Assembly: GCA_964644695.1 (NCBI GenBank)
Contig: CAZXWN010000001.1
Location: forward strand, 182,869 to 246,868
Source of the DNA: an uncultured bacterium
GTDB lineage: Bacteria; UBP4; UBA4092
Length of the DNA stretch: 64,000 nt
Reading direction: 5' to 3'
The position numbers and the translations under genes were made by a program. This document shows, in pieces, positions 47,542 through 58,249 of the stretch (its first letter is position 1; the number at the start of each line of letters is the position of its first letter). The notes under the pieces are model-generated. The model worked only from the letters and a program-made list of their open reading frames with translations. It was not told the origin of the DNA and searched no databases.

Positions 47542-48969
47542 ATGGCTGATCTTACAAAGCATGATTTACCTATAAAAGAATTGAAAAATGTGGAATGGCG
47601 AAACCTTTATTCAATTCCTCTTAATATTGATGCCAGTGGGTATGAAGGGCTAACTTTTAAAATATCTGGCAAACCTGGCAAGGGTAGGGTGTATCTAGTT
47701 GATTTCGATAAAGATGATTGGTATGCAGAATTTGATATAACAGATTCAATGGTTCAGCACTATATAAGATTTGATGACTTTAATTCTTGTCAAGAAAACG
47801 CTGAGCCTCATTTTGATATGACAGACTTAAAAAACATTCGGTTTGAAAGTTATGACATGATACAAGAAACTCGGAACCTTGAAGATGTAGCATTTTGGGG
47901 CTCCAAGGGGGTGTATGGTCCGACAGTATGTGTTGATCCCTTATTTAATTTTTATAAATCAAAAACATGGTCGCAATGGGCGGATGTGTTTAAGGATTAT
48001 GGTTTTACCGCAATTGATTTAGTAATTATTCGGGATTGGCCTGATATTGATTATCAAAAAGATATGGTTAAATCGTTTCAGGACAAGGGGATATCCTGTC
48101 GCTTACGTCTATATCCTACGACTGATTGGGGAGCTTATGAACACCATCCTGAATGGCGTCAAAAACTTCTCGGAGGAAGCAGTCAATATGACTGGCGAGT
48201 TTATTTGTGTCCATCAGATACAAAATTCGTGAAATACATGGAAAATAAGATTGAATCTTTATGCAAGAATGTCCCCTATGACGGTATTCAATTGGCAGAA
48301 CCTTGGTTTGAAGTATGGGGAGGTGCCTATAAAAAAAATCCAACGCGTGACTATTATGCCTGCCTTTGTGATGATTGCCGAAATGCCTTTAAACTGTTGG
48401 AAGGTATAGATCCTCTTCGTTTGTTCATCGAGACTGATGGACTGTATTTTGAAAAATCTGAAAATAAAGAATTATATGAAAAATGGGTAACATTTAGAGT
48501 CAATACAATTATTAGCTTTAGTAAAAATTGTTATGAAGCGGCCAAACGAGTTCGTCCTGAAATTAAAGTGGTGCACATGTATCTTGCGGATTGTACTGTT
48601 CAATTAGATGCCAGCCGTGAATATCAAGCAATGGATTTGGACCGTTCTATCACTGAAATTAGACCAGATATGATTACAATAGAAGATTCATGGCAAGATT
48701 GGACCCAACCAGAATTGAAGCCAGATTTTATTCTTTCCTATGGCAAAGCTTATTATCAACGTATTCGAAATATAAATCCTGATATCAAGATACAAAGTCA
48801 TAATGATATTGGATCCAGGCATGATACTAAACGTGATTATAATTTTATGCGTGCGTTTTCAACTTATTCCCGTCGGGCAGGATTTGACTCTCCCAGTTAT
48901 TATGAGTTTAGTATTCAAGATTTCGAGGTGCTTCCAAAAGGTTGGACGAAAGGCGATATTAACAAGTAA
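47542..48969 (+). CDS. Putative glycoside hydrolase-like TIM barrel with an N-terminal beta domain
   Basis: AGGAG RBS before ATG 47542; HPEW..., LCPS, YDGIQLAEP, CLCDDC, W..FR pattern of GHL10/GH42-like barrels. Confidence 0.6.
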   Translation: MADLTKHDLPIKELKNVEWRNLYSIPLNIDASGYEGLTFKISGKPGKGRVYLVDFDKDDWYAEFDITDSMVQHYIRFDDFNSCQENAEPHFDMTDLKNIRFESYDMIQETRNLEDVAFWGSKGVYGPTVCVDPLFNFYKSKTWSQWADVFKDYGFTAIDLVIIRDWPDIDYQKDMVKSFQDKGISCRLRLYPTTDWGAYEHHPEWRQKLLGGSSQYDWRVYLCPSDTKFVKYMENKIESLCKNVPYDGIQLAEPWFEVWGGAYKKNPTRDYYACLCDDCRNAFKLLEGIDPLRLFIETDGLYFEKSENKELYEKWVTFRVNTIISFSKNCYEAAKRVRPEIKVVHMYLADCTVQLDASREYQAMDLDRSITEIRPDMITIEDSWQDWTQPELKPDFILSYGKAYYQRIRNINPDIKIQSHNDIGSRHDTKRDYNFMRAFSTYSRRAGFDSPSYYEFSIQDFEVLPKGWTKGDINK

Positions 48970-49133
48970 TATCCCATCATTCAGCATACTTCTTCATTGT
49001 AAAATTTGAATCACAAATTTCGTTGTTAATTATTTATGAGTGTCATGATTTAAAAGATATTCATATGAACAGAAATATTGTAAGATTGGGCATCTGACAG
49101 TTTTGTTCCGTATCTTTTATAGGTGGTTTCCCA

Positions 49134-49853
49134 GTGATAGGAATTGTTTATTCGCAAAAAACTAAAAATTTTCTTGATAGGCGTTTTCCTACACGTGATG
49201 ACAAGCTTTGGTACCAAGAAGGAAGTGAAAGAGCCTTAAAAGAAGCTGATATTCCTTTTGAGTCCATATATGATACAGAATGGTTAAAATCTGGGGCATT
49301 AGATAGATATTCCGCATTGTTTATGGAAAATATTCTCTGTATGGATGATGCGGAGATTCAATTACTGAAGAACTATCATGCAATGGGTGGTGGAATTGTA
49401 GCCATGTTTGGAACCTCTGTTCGATATGGCGATGGTAAGATTCGCCCGAATTATGGCTTGGGCGAGGAATTTCATCTTTCTTGTATTAGTGATTTAAGAA
49501 CTGATCAGTGGAATGAGCAACCATTTGGATATATAAAAGTTATTAAAGAACACCCTGTGACTCAGGGCATTAAGATTGGGAAGAGTTTGATGTATTCGAA
49601 AATTCTTCAGCCAATATGGGCACCCCGTCTTATAGTTAACACGGGAGCTAATACCCTTGCAAACCTATGTGATTTTGTAAATGAAGAACTAGATCTTGCC
49701 GCGATTACTGTTACCGAAAATAATAATAACCGTATTGTATATTCAGGTCCTTCTTTGAGTTACCGTATCTGTCAAAAGCAAATTTCTCAGGATACAGATG
49801 ATTTGAAGAAGCTAATTGTAAATGCATGTCTATGGGCATCTAAAATGATATGA
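49134..49853 (+). CDS. Class I glutamine amidotransferase-like / beta-galactosidase trimerisation-like domain protein
   Basis: IPFE.I, LDRYSALF, CMDD.E...L..Y...GGGIVA...TS, HPVT. Confidence 0.6.
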   Translation: MIGIVYSQKTKNFLDRRFPTRDDKLWYQEGSERALKEADIPFESIYDTEWLKSGALDRYSALFMENILCMDDAEIQLLKNYHAMGGGIVAMFGTSVRYGDGKIRPNYGLGEEFHLSCISDLRTDQWNEQPFGYIKVIKEHPVTQGIKIGKSLMYSKILQPIWAPRLIVNTGANTLANLCDFVNEELDLAAITVTENNNNRIVYSGPSLSYRICQKQISQDTDDLKKLIVNACLWASKMI

Positions 49854-50021
49854 ACTATGCATGGTTGTTACTTTGATATTATTAATGTTAAGTTGAAATT
49901 ATAAGAGCTCATTTCTTTATTTGAGGTTGATTCCCTTGTACATCGAAAAGCCAGATTCTTGAGGTGTTCTTATATCGGGTATATAATGAGTAACATTCTT
50001 GTATTTCTGTGATGGAAAAAT

Positions 50022-51068
50022 ATGAATAATCATAAAAAAAGACGTGTAACGGTCCGTGATATTGCAGACGAACTGGGACTTTCTCATCCGACAGTCTCAC
50101 GAGCCTTAAATGACCATCCTCGTATTAGTGAAGAAACAAAGATAAAAGTAAGGGAAATGGCCAAAAAACTCAACTATCGCCCTAATATCATGGCGAGAGG
50201 TTTGACGAGTCATCGGACATCTCTTATCGGTTTGGTTATTCGTGATATAAGATCCTCTTTTCATGCTGACATTATTGCAGGTGTACAAGATGTTCTTGAT
50301 AAGCATGGATACAGCATTCTCCTATGTAGTTCTTCAATGGATGTTCAAAACGAAAAAAGACATCTCCAAACCGTTTCAGATAAACAAGTAGAAGGCATTA
50401 TCGTTGTACCTGTTCTCGGAGATAACTCAAATTCTAAATTGATTGAGAGAATCCATGATGATGGTACACCTGTTGTTCTCGTTTCATTAGGAAAACAATT
50501 AAATAAGATCCCTTGTGTAAAGGTGGATAACATACTTGGTGGATATATGGCCACTAAGCACTTCTTAGAAATGGGACATAAGGAAGTCAAATACTATACT
50601 TATGAACATCCTGCAATGAACAATCTTATTCCCGGAGTAGATGAAAATATTGATAGATATGCAGGATATGTTAAGGCAATGCGTGAAGCCGGTTTGACTG
50701 AAAAAATAGGCTTGGTGATTGATCCAGATTTTGGAATGAATCCCCATTTTATTAATGATTTCATGAAGAAGAAAAATATCCCAAGAGCACTATTTTCATT
50801 CTCAGATGAAATGGCAATGTGTTTCATGAGAACCATTATTGCTTCGGGTAAACGAATACCTGAAGATATGTCAATTATTGGATTTGATGATATTCCGTGC
50901 GTATCAATGATGTACCCCGGCTTAACTACAATTGCGCAACCCAAATATGAGCTAGGGTCTCTCGCCGCAGAACAACTTTTATCGATGATTTCTGGGAAGG
51001 AAGTCGAAATGGAAGTGGTTCTTAATCCTGAAATTGTATGTCGCAATTCAGTCAATAAGCTTACCTAG
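50022..51068 (+). CDS. LacI family transcriptional regulator
   Basis: TVRDIADELGLSHPTVSRALN, YRPN..ARGL, IIGFDDI, LTTI.QP. Confidence 0.95.
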   Translation: MNNHKKRRVTVRDIADELGLSHPTVSRALNDHPRISEETKIKVREMAKKLNYRPNIMARGLTSHRTSLIGLVIRDIRSSFHADIIAGVQDVLDKHGYSILLCSSSMDVQNEKRHLQTVSDKQVEGIIVVPVLGDNSNSKLIERIHDDGTPVVLVSLGKQLNKIPCVKVDNILGGYMATKHFLEMGHKEVKYYTYEHPAMNNLIPGVDENIDRYAGYVKAMREAGLTEKIGLVIDPDFGMNPHFINDFMKKKNIPRALFSFSDEMAMCFMRTIIASGKRIPEDMSIIGFDDIPCVSMMYPGLTTIAQPKYELGSLAAEQLLSMISGKEVEMEVVLNPEIVCRNSVNKLT

Positions 51069-51079
51069 TAGGTTAAATT

Positions 51080-52054
51080 ATGAATTTAAAAAAATACGCA
51101 TTATCTATCGACCTGGGAGGCACAAGTGTACGCATCGGTGTAGTTAATGCATCTGGAGATTTATTGTTAAAAAAAACATGTTCTACAGATGCCGATTTGG
51201 GAGCAGGCCAGATAATAGAGAATATTTATAAATTGGCTGATGATGTTATTGTCAAATATCCTGATTATGAAACCGTTGGTATGGGGAGTCCGGGATGTAT
51301 AGATTCCAAGCAGGGAAAAGTACTATTTGCGACAGATAATCTTCCGGGATGGCGTGGAACCGAATTGAAGAAAATCTTAGAAGTCAAATTCCGCAAGCCG
51401 GTATATGTTCAGAACGATGTAAATATGATGACCTTTGCTGAAAGCAGGATTGGTAGTGGAAAAGGATATGATGATTTCATTTGTTTAACATTAGGAACCG
51501 GAGTAGGGGGAGGCATTGTCGTAAATGGTTTCCTATATGAAGGAGATCAATATTATGCTGGTGAAATGGGACATATTACGATAAATTTTAGTGGTCCTTA
51601 CTGTAATTGTGGTGGGCAAGGATGTCTTGAGGCTTATATAGGCACCAAAGCCTTAGTTAGTCGGGTTGAAGCAGTCCTTTTAAAAAAAGAACCTACTGTG
51701 ATGAATGATTTAATCCAGAGGAACAATGGAATGATAAGGCCCCACTTAATTTGTCAGGCTGCTGAGATGGGAGACAAGGCAGCGATGAATATCCTTATGG
51801 ATATGGGTTTATATTTAGGAATAGGGCTAGGTAACATTATCAACGCTTTTTCACCACAACGTATTGCCATCGGAGGTGGAATAGCTCAATCATGGAAGTG
51901 GTTTTATCCATCAATGATGGAAGCAGTTCACCGCCAGGTTCTTTTCGGAAATAAAAGGAATATATCCATTGTTGCCGCAGATTTAGGGCCAGATGCTGGA
52001 TTAATAGGAGCTGGATTATATGCCTTGGAACAGGAAGAAAAACATGAAAAATAA
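51080..52054 (+). CDS. ROK family sugar kinase
   Basis: DLGGT, NDVN, LGTGVGGG, GEMGH, CNCGGQGCLE. Confidence 0.93.
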   Translation: MNLKKYALSIDLGGTSVRIGVVNASGDLLLKKTCSTDADLGAGQIIENIYKLADDVIVKYPDYETVGMGSPGCIDSKQGKVLFATDNLPGWRGTELKKILEVKFRKPVYVQNDVNMMTFAESRIGSGKGYDDFICLTLGTGVGGGIVVNGFLYEGDQYYAGEMGHITINFSGPYCNCGGQGCLEAYIGTKALVSRVEAVLLKKEPTVMNDLIQRNNGMIRPHLICQAAEMGDKAAMNILMDMGLYLGIGLGNIINAFSPQRIAIGGGIAQSWKWFYPSMMEAVHRQVLFGNKRNISIVAADLGPDAGLIGAGLYALEQEEKHEK

Positions 52055-53366
52055 AATGACAGTTATAGTCTCCTGTACTCTTTTGATTTTTTTAATTATT
52101 GGATTAAATGGATGCCAAATGTTTTCTGGTAATAAAAAGAAAACTGTCGTTAAGTACTGGACAGGTTGGACTGGTGAGGAGATGGAAGTCCAGAAAAGGC
52201 TTGTTAAACGTTTCAATGAACAGCATCCAGATATTGAGGTGAAGATCAATACTGTTGCTTCATCCTATGAAAAAGTGAAAATAGCTTTTGCATCAGGTGG
52301 GCCACCGGATGTTTGTTCAGCTATCTGGGCTGATGAATTAGCCAGTTATGCCATGCGGGGAGCATTGACTCCATTAGATGAGTATTTGAAGAAATCTAAT
52401 CGTCATGGTGAAGAATATATGTCAGGAATCTGGGATATGTTTCATTATGGGAATCACGTTTGGGCATTAAATGTAACTACAAACTCAGGATTTATTGTTT
52501 ATAACAAGAAAATGTTTAGAGAGGCGGGCCTGGATCCCAATAAGCCCCCTATAACAACAGCTGAATTTGATAAGGTTATCGAGAAATTAGCCAAATTCGA
52601 TAAAAATGGTAATGTCATACAATTCGGATTTCGTCCAAGCGGATTAACTTATTGGGGATTAGTATTTGGTGGACAATGGTATGACCCTAAAACGCGCACT
52701 GTGACAGCAGATAATCCGAATAATATTCGTGCTCTTACCTGGTTAAAATCATTTGGAAAGAAATATAATCTGCGGAAAATTGATGCATTTAATTCTGGAT
52801 TTGCCAGTGGTACTTATGGTGACCAGTACGCAGGATTGTATGGTCTATTCACAGATAAGGTGGCAATGCTTTATACGGGTGAGTGGTCGCAGGAGCATAT
52901 TGAAAGATATACTTCAAAGGATTTTGAGTATGGATATTTTGCTCCACCATATCCGCAAGATGGTGGTAAACCCAAGACTCAATATGTTGGTGGCAGTGTA
53001 TTTGTAATCCCGAAAGATTCTAAGAATAAAGATGCTGCCTGGGAGTTTCTTAATTTCATGACTCAGCCAGAACAAGTTAAAGAGTTTTGTCATGAGATCA
53101 AGAATATTCCTCCCCTCGTGACTGTGGCACAAGATACTCTTTTTACCAGTAATCCAATGTTTAATTTTGCGATTGATTTGCTCTCTGGTAAAAACTCTTC
53201 AGGTCCACCTCAGATGCCGACATGGCCTTACTATTACAGTGAGATGGCTCGTGTTGAAGAAAAAGCAGTATTCAGCCAAGAAGATCCGAAAGCCTTGTTA
53301 CAAGCATTACGAATCAAAATTCAAAAAGACCATGATGCAGCAATGCGTGATGCGGCATATAGATAA
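52044..53366 (+). CDS. Sugar ABC transporter substrate-binding lipoprotein
   Basis: Lipobox GLNGC; FNEQHPDIEV, PPDV, YNKKMF, AAWEFL. Confidence 0.92.
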   Translation: MKNKMTVIVSCTLLIFLIIGLNGCQMFSGNKKKTVVKYWTGWTGEEMEVQKRLVKRFNEQHPDIEVKINTVASSYEKVKIAFASGGPPDVCSAIWADELASYAMRGALTPLDEYLKKSNRHGEEYMSGIWDMFHYGNHVWALNVTTNSGFIVYNKKMFREAGLDPNKPPITTAEFDKVIEKLAKFDKNGNVIQFGFRPSGLTYWGLVFGGQWYDPKTRTVTADNPNNIRALTWLKSFGKKYNLRKIDAFNSGFASGTYGDQYAGLYGLFTDKVAMLYTGEWSQEHIERYTSKDFEYGYFAPPYPQDGGKPKTQYVGGSVFVIPKDSKNKDAAWEFLNFMTQPEQVKEFCHEIKNIPPLVTVAQDTLFTSNPMFNFAIDLLSGKNSSGPPQMPTWPYYYSEMARVEEKAVFSQEDPKALLQALRIKIQKDHDAAMRDAAYR

Positions 53367-53387
53367 ACCTTAAGGAGCCTTTACTTT

Positions 53388-54308
53388 ATGACTAGAATGG
53401 AAAAAAGAAATCTCCGAAATGGGATACTGTTTGCATCACCCTGGATTATTGGGTTTTTAGGTTTTACCTTGTACCCAATATTTATGTCTATCTATTACAG
53501 CTTTTGTCGATTCGATGCTATTACCAAACCGCATTGGGCAGGGTTGGAAAATTACCACACACTGATATATAGTGATCCCTTATTTTGGAAATCCTTAACC
53601 AACACATTTTATATGGTGTTAATTGGTCTTCCTACAGCATTACTGTTTGCATTATTTATTGCTATCCTTCTTAATCAAAAGATTAAAGGACTTGCTTTCT
53701 ATCGAACAGTCTTCTATCTTCCCTCCATTACACCTGTTGTTGCCTCATCCATTCTCTGGTTGTGGTTGCTGAATCCTCAAATGGGCTTAGTTAATTATCT
53801 TTTATTGCCAATATTTAATTTTATAAATCAGGTTACATCGTTGCATTTACAGGTTCCCGGTTGGTTATCTGATCCAGCTTGGGCAAAGCCAGCATTGGTC
53901 TTTATGGGATTATGGGGAGTCGGAAATACGGTCGTAATATTCCTGGCTTCGTTACAGGAAGTCCCAGAAGAATTGTATGAAGCCGCATTGATTGATGGAG
54001 CCAGCACCTTAAGAAAACTATGGCATATAACCCTGCCTATGATTTCTCCCGTAATATTTTTTAATCTGATTATGGGAATAATTGGATATTTCCAATACTT
54101 TACTCAAGTGTGGGTCATGACCCGTGGTGGTCCTGAAGATATGACGAACTTTTATTCGCTGTATTTATTCCAGAATGCGTTCCTGTTCTTCAAAATGGGG
54201 TATGCATCGGCAATGGCTTGGGTTTTGTTTGGCATTACATTGGTCTGTACTTTAATTGTCTTTAAATCCTCAAAGAAATGGGTTTATTATTCTGGAGAGG
54301 CTAAATAG
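53388..54308 (+). CDS. Sugar ABC transporter permease (MalF-like)
   Basis: EAA loop ELYEAALIDGA; GYASAMAW. Confidence 0.95.
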   Translation: MTRMEKRNLRNGILFASPWIIGFLGFTLYPIFMSIYYSFCRFDAITKPHWAGLENYHTLIYSDPLFWKSLTNTFYMVLIGLPTALLFALFIAILLNQKIKGLAFYRTVFYLPSITPVVASSILWLWLLNPQMGLVNYLLLPIFNFINQVTSLHLQVPGWLSDPAWAKPALVFMGLWGVGNTVVIFLASLQEVPEELYEAALIDGASTLRKLWHITLPMISPVIFFNLIMGIIGYFQYFTQVWVMTRGGPEDMTNFYSLYLFQNAFLFFKMGYASAMAWVLFGITLVCTLIVFKSSKKWVYYSGEAK

Positions 54309-54311
54309 GAG

Positions 54312-55157
54312 ATGACAATGAAAAGCAAACAAAATCAATCACGAGTCAAATCAATAATTGTCCATCTTCTTTTGATATCAGTAGGTGTGACTTTCTTTTT
54401 ACCTTTTTATTGGTTAGTTTCTACTTCATTAAAAAATGATGTACAGCTATTCGCTAATCCTCCTGTATGGATTCCCAATCCCATCATGTGGAAGAACTAT
54501 CCAACGGCATTAGGGTATATTCCTTTTTTAATGTATGTGAAGAATACATTGATAATCAGTTTTCTAACGGTTACGGGAACCATTTTATCCTGTTCACTTG
54601 TGGCTTACAGTTTCGCACGTATTCCCTGGAAAGGGCGGAACTTTTGCTTCATGTTACTTCTAAGCACGATGATGATACCTGGACAAGTTACGCTCATTCC
54701 TGTCCTGATGATTTTTAAATGGTTGGGATGGATTGGATCTATTAAACCATTGGTTATTCCTGCATTTTTCGGAAGTGCTTTTTATATTTTCCTGTTGCGG
54801 CAGTTCTTTATGGCGATTCCGAATGAGTTGTCAGATGCTGCCAGGATAGATGGATGTTCTGAGTTTGGTATTTACTGGCGGATCATGTTGCCATTATCCA
54901 GGCCCGCTTTAGCAACGGTCATTCTCTTTACATTTATTGGTTCTTGGAATGATTTTCTGGGTCCCCTAATTTACTTATCAGATGAATCTCAATATACTTT
55001 GTCTTTGGGACTTCAGCAATTTTTAAGCCAGCATGGTGCTGAGTGGTCATTATTGATGGCAGCTTCTACGGTTATGGTGTTGCCAATAGTGATCTTATTC
55101 TTTTTTACTCAGCGAACATTTATTCAGGGAATTGCACTTACCGGAATCAAAGGATAG
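54312..55157 (+). CDS. Sugar ABC transporter permease (MalG-like)
   Basis: ELSDAARIDG, WNDFLGPL, FIQGI. Confidence 0.95.
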   Translation: MTMKSKQNQSRVKSIIVHLLLISVGVTFFLPFYWLVSTSLKNDVQLFANPPVWIPNPIMWKNYPTALGYIPFLMYVKNTLIISFLTVTGTILSCSLVAYSFARIPWKGRNFCFMLLLSTMMIPGQVTLIPVLMIFKWLGWIGSIKPLVIPAFFGSAFYIFLLRQFFMAIPNELSDAARIDGCSEFGIYWRIMLPLSRPALATVILFTFIGSWNDFLGPLIYLSDESQYTLSLGLQQFLSQHGAEWSLLMAASTVMVLPIVILFFFTQRTFIQGIALTGIKG

Positions 55158-55174
55158 TAATCCCATTGATGTAC

Positions 55175-55211
55175 AAAGAGCCCGATTCATCCAGGATCGG
55201 GCTCTTTATTT
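55175..55211 (+). terminator. Intrinsic terminator
   Basis: AAAGAGCCCGAT / ATCGGGCTCTTT stem + T-tract. Confidence 0.88.
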
Positions 55212-55257
55212 TCAAACTCTGTGATAAAATCTCCAAAAATGAAGGGAAGTATTGAAC

Positions 55258-55989
55258 ATGAAGAAAATTATCCAAATAATAACAGCACTAATCATTACCT
55301 GTGTTTTGTCCGTGAGTGTCTTTTGTGCTGAAACAATCATTCAGCCGAGCCAGGCCAGCCAATATGTTAATAAACAAGTTGTGATTGAAGGAAAGGTTCT
55401 CCGAGTGGGGGAATCCAAAAGTGGCGATACATTCTTCTTGAATTTTTCGAATAAGCCGGGGGACTTTTCAGTTGTTATCTTTTCTGTTGCCGTAAAAACT
55501 TTTAAGAATGGTTCTTCGGACATTAAGTCATTAAATGGTAAAAATATCCAAATAAAAGGCCAGATTGATAATCATCCCAAATATGGATTACAGATGATTT
55601 TAAAAAATGCGAATCAAATCACTGTAAAGTCAGGCAAAGATAGCAAGCCAACTTTGATAAAACCTGAAGGCCAGAAAAAAGATATTCCTGTTATTAGTTC
55701 TAAGGATGCAATGAAATATGTTAATCAAGTGGTTTATGTTGATGATAAAGTTCTGAAGGTTGGGAAATCTCCCACAAGTGAGACCTATTTTATTAATTAC
55801 TCATCCCAAAAGGGTGGATTTACAGTTGTTGTTTTTAAAGATGTCGCTGCTCAATTTAAAGCAAAGAAAATGGATCTTATGCAGCTCACCGGTAAAAAAA
55901 TTAAAGTATTAGGAAAGATTCAGAATCCGCCCCAACACGGTGTTCAAATTGTATTGGATCGAGCAGATAATTTGACGATTAGTAATTAA
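55258..55989 (+). CDS. Secreted protein with two tandem OB-fold-like domains
   Basis: Signal peptide; two ~100-aa repeats A..YVN.V....KVL.VG.S...T.F.N.S...G.F.VV.F...GK.I...G.I.N.P..G.Q. Confidence 0.7.
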   Translation: MKKIIQIITALIITCVLSVSVFCAETIIQPSQASQYVNKQVVIEGKVLRVGESKSGDTFFLNFSNKPGDFSVVIFSVAVKTFKNGSSDIKSLNGKNIQIKGQIDNHPKYGLQMILKNANQITVKSGKDSKPTLIKPEGQKKDIPVISSKDAMKYVNQVVYVDDKVLKVGKSPTSETYFINYSSQKGGFTVVVFKDVAAQFKAKKMDLMQLTGKKIKVLGKIQNPPQHGVQIVLDRADNLTISN

Positions 55990-55994
55990 TTGGA

Positions 55995-56966
55995 ATGGGA
56001 ATGAAAATGTTGAAAATAGTTAAAACAGTATTTCTTCTGACTTTTCTGGTTCTATTTTCATTTTCATCAGGGCAGACGAAAAAAACGATACAGACCTCTG
56101 ATGATTCTGATTTGCAACAAATTATTCAATCATTACGGAAACCTAAGATTGTATCTATTGGTATTGATACGATTCAGTCCTCAAATAGATTGGTGGAAAG
56201 ACAAGACATCCCCCCATTTAATTACTTTGTTAAGCAAGCAATTGATGAGCTGAATTCAGAAAAACAAAAGGGTTATAACGGATATCTTTTGATGGATCAG
56301 TTGGGGAAGTTTACGGGAGTTACGGAGACTCTTTATTATCAAGGTACATCATACATGTGGAATGAATACAAACCGGGAGATAAGGTTTTGTATAAACAAA
56401 AATATGTTGAACCTTGTGGTAAATCTTATTGTTGTGGTTTAACACTGGAAATCTTTCATCGTGCGATGAAAAAAAGAGACCAGTATCTTGGTATCAATGA
56501 ATCCATGGAAAACTGGAATGGGTTAGGGCCCAGGGGAATATTCATATTTAAAAAGTTGTGGAATGTAATCCCCATAAAATATTCAGATACGGGTGAAATA
56601 GTCACCTCCGCACCTTCTCCTGCCCGCGCTTTAGCATTGTCTGGATTAGGACAGGTCATTTGTGATTCTGGAGAAGGATCACTGGAAAACATTAAACCTT
56701 ATGACTTTTGTGATTATACGCGTGTGAATGGTTCTGGACATTCCGTTATCTTTATTGATTGGATAAAAGGATCTGATGGGGAAATCAAAGGATTTAAATA
56801 CTATTCTTCGCAAAATAGTACGATGGGACAGGGATATAACACTGAATATTTTAGTGACGCTGGTGGAAAAGTGCTGAAAAAAATGTTCCGTGCAGGTCGT
56901 GTCTATGACCACCCATCTTATTGTCAGGCGAATAGAATTCGGGAAGCGGATTTTATTGCCGACTGA
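55995..56966 (+). CDS. Secreted hypothetical protein, possible papain/NlpC-like Cys-His enzyme
   Basis: Signal peptide; SYCCGLT and GHSVIF motifs. Confidence 0.5.
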   Translation: MGMKMLKIVKTVFLLTFLVLFSFSSGQTKKTIQTSDDSDLQQIIQSLRKPKIVSIGIDTIQSSNRLVERQDIPPFNYFVKQAIDELNSEKQKGYNGYLLMDQLGKFTGVTETLYYQGTSYMWNEYKPGDKVLYKQKYVEPCGKSYCCGLTLEIFHRAMKKRDQYLGINESMENWNGLGPRGIFIFKKLWNVIPIKYSDTGEIVTSAPSPARALALSGLGQVICDSGEGSLENIKPYDFCDYTRVNGSGHSVIFIDWIKGSDGEIKGFKYYSSQNSTMGQGYNTEYFSDAGGKVLKKMFRAGRVYDHPSYCQANRIREADFIAD

Positions 56967-56969
56967 TGA

Positions 56970-57377
56970 TTATTCCTTTGGCAGGTATTTACTGTCAAAG
57001 GCTTCGGGTAAAAGGGCTGTAATCAGGAAGCTTTGATATTGACCTTTGGTATTCATGATACGCACTTGGCATTGTGATCCCAATTCATAGATGAATTGTC
57101 GGCATGCACCACAAGGCGCTGTCAAGCTGTCGGTATCTGTAAGTATCAATATTGCTTTTATTTCTGTCTCACCATTCCCTACAGCGGCAGAAATTGCATT
57201 GCGTTCCGCACACTGGGTCAATCCATAGGATGCATTCTCAACATTGCATCCACCATAAATCTCTCCACTATTACCCAAAACAGCTGCACCTACTTGGAAA
57301 TGAGAGTAGGGTGCATAAGCATTTTTACGATAACGATCTGCTACAGAATAAAGTAAATCCCAGTCAATTTTTTCCAT
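56970..57377 (-). CDS. cdd: Cytidine deaminase
   Basis: AYAPYSHFQVGAA, NVENASYGLTQCAERNA, PCGACRQ; AGGAG RBS before ATG 57377. Confidence 0.95.
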   Translation of the reverse strand: MEKIDWDLLYSVADRYRKNAYAPYSHFQVGAAVLGNSGEIYGGCNVENASYGLTQCAERNAISAAVGNGETEIKAILILTDTDSLTAPCGACRQFIYELGSQCQVRIMNTKGQYQSFLITALLPEAFDSKYLPKE

Positions 57378-57417
57378 CAATGTTTTATCTCCTATACCCA
57401 TTTTACTGAAATATCAC

Positions 57418-57445
57418 CATCGAACAAGATTGATCTTGTTCGATG
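57418..57445. repeat. Dispersed palindrome copy 3 (28 bp, one central mismatch)
   Basis: CATCGAACAAGATTGATCTTGTTCGATG between divergent cdd and thioesterase genes. Confidence 0.93.
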
Positions 57446-57566
57446 ATTCATCGTTCTGGAGACAATTACTATAACTCCAATAATTATAGCGATATATACT
57501 TTCAGTTGAATTATATCTTGCTGAGTGCCAAAATGTTAGAAAATAATTATTTATTTCGAGGTCATC

Positions 57567-58037
57567 ATGAAAGAATACTTACCCCATAGTAAGGGTTGTT
57601 ATTGTTGTGGAGAGTCTAATCCTAAGGGGTTGAAAATACGTTTTTACAAAGAAGAATCACGAGTTGTTACAGAATTTATTGGTAAAGAAGAACACCAGAG
57701 CTATCCTGGTCGAATTCATGGTGGTATATTGTGTTCTTTACTTGATGAAACCATGGGGTGGGCACCTGTTCTTCAAACAGGATTAATGTCCGTTACCGGT
57801 GAATTGAACTTTCGATTTTTGAAACCGGCCCCCTTACACCAGAAACTATTTGTGATTGGTGAAGTTGAGAAGGTAAACAAGCGGTTATATTTAGCAAAAG
57901 GGCGAATTGAAGATGAATTGGGTAATGTATACATAACGGCTCAGGGTAAGTATGTGCCTATGAGTGAAGAACAGACCCGTGATGTAGATACTTATCTTCT
58001 TTATCCACCTGATTCTATTCGAATCTTTGAAAAATAG
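57567..58037 (+). CDS. PaaI family (hotdog) thioesterase
   Basis: C..CG..NP.GL, HGGILCSLLDETMG. Confidence 0.88.
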   Translation: MKEYLPHSKGCYCCGESNPKGLKIRFYKEESRVVTEFIGKEEHQSYPGRIHGGILCSLLDETMGWAPVLQTGLMSVTGELNFRFLKPAPLHQKLFVIGEVEKVNKRLYLAKGRIEDELGNVYITAQGKYVPMSEEQTRDVDTYLLYPPDSIRIFEK

Positions 58038-58249
58038 ATGTTATCCAAGTAATTGATTTTATTTGTTAAAAAACATTTATTTTTTTATTTTGGCAGTATT
58101 CAGGTATAATCTTAAAAGTTTATTATTTTATGTTGTTTTCTTCTTCTCGAAAGGGGTTTCTCTTGTTAAGGGTTTCATTAATCGCTATAATGGCGTTTAA
58201 TTTTGCGGTTATCCGCGAAACAATATAATTACTTGAGAGGGATTCTGAG

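Noticed and set aside
15402-57445. The three palindromes as CRISPR repeats
   Set aside because: Copies are 13 and 29 kb apart, with no repeat-spacer array and no cas genes in the window
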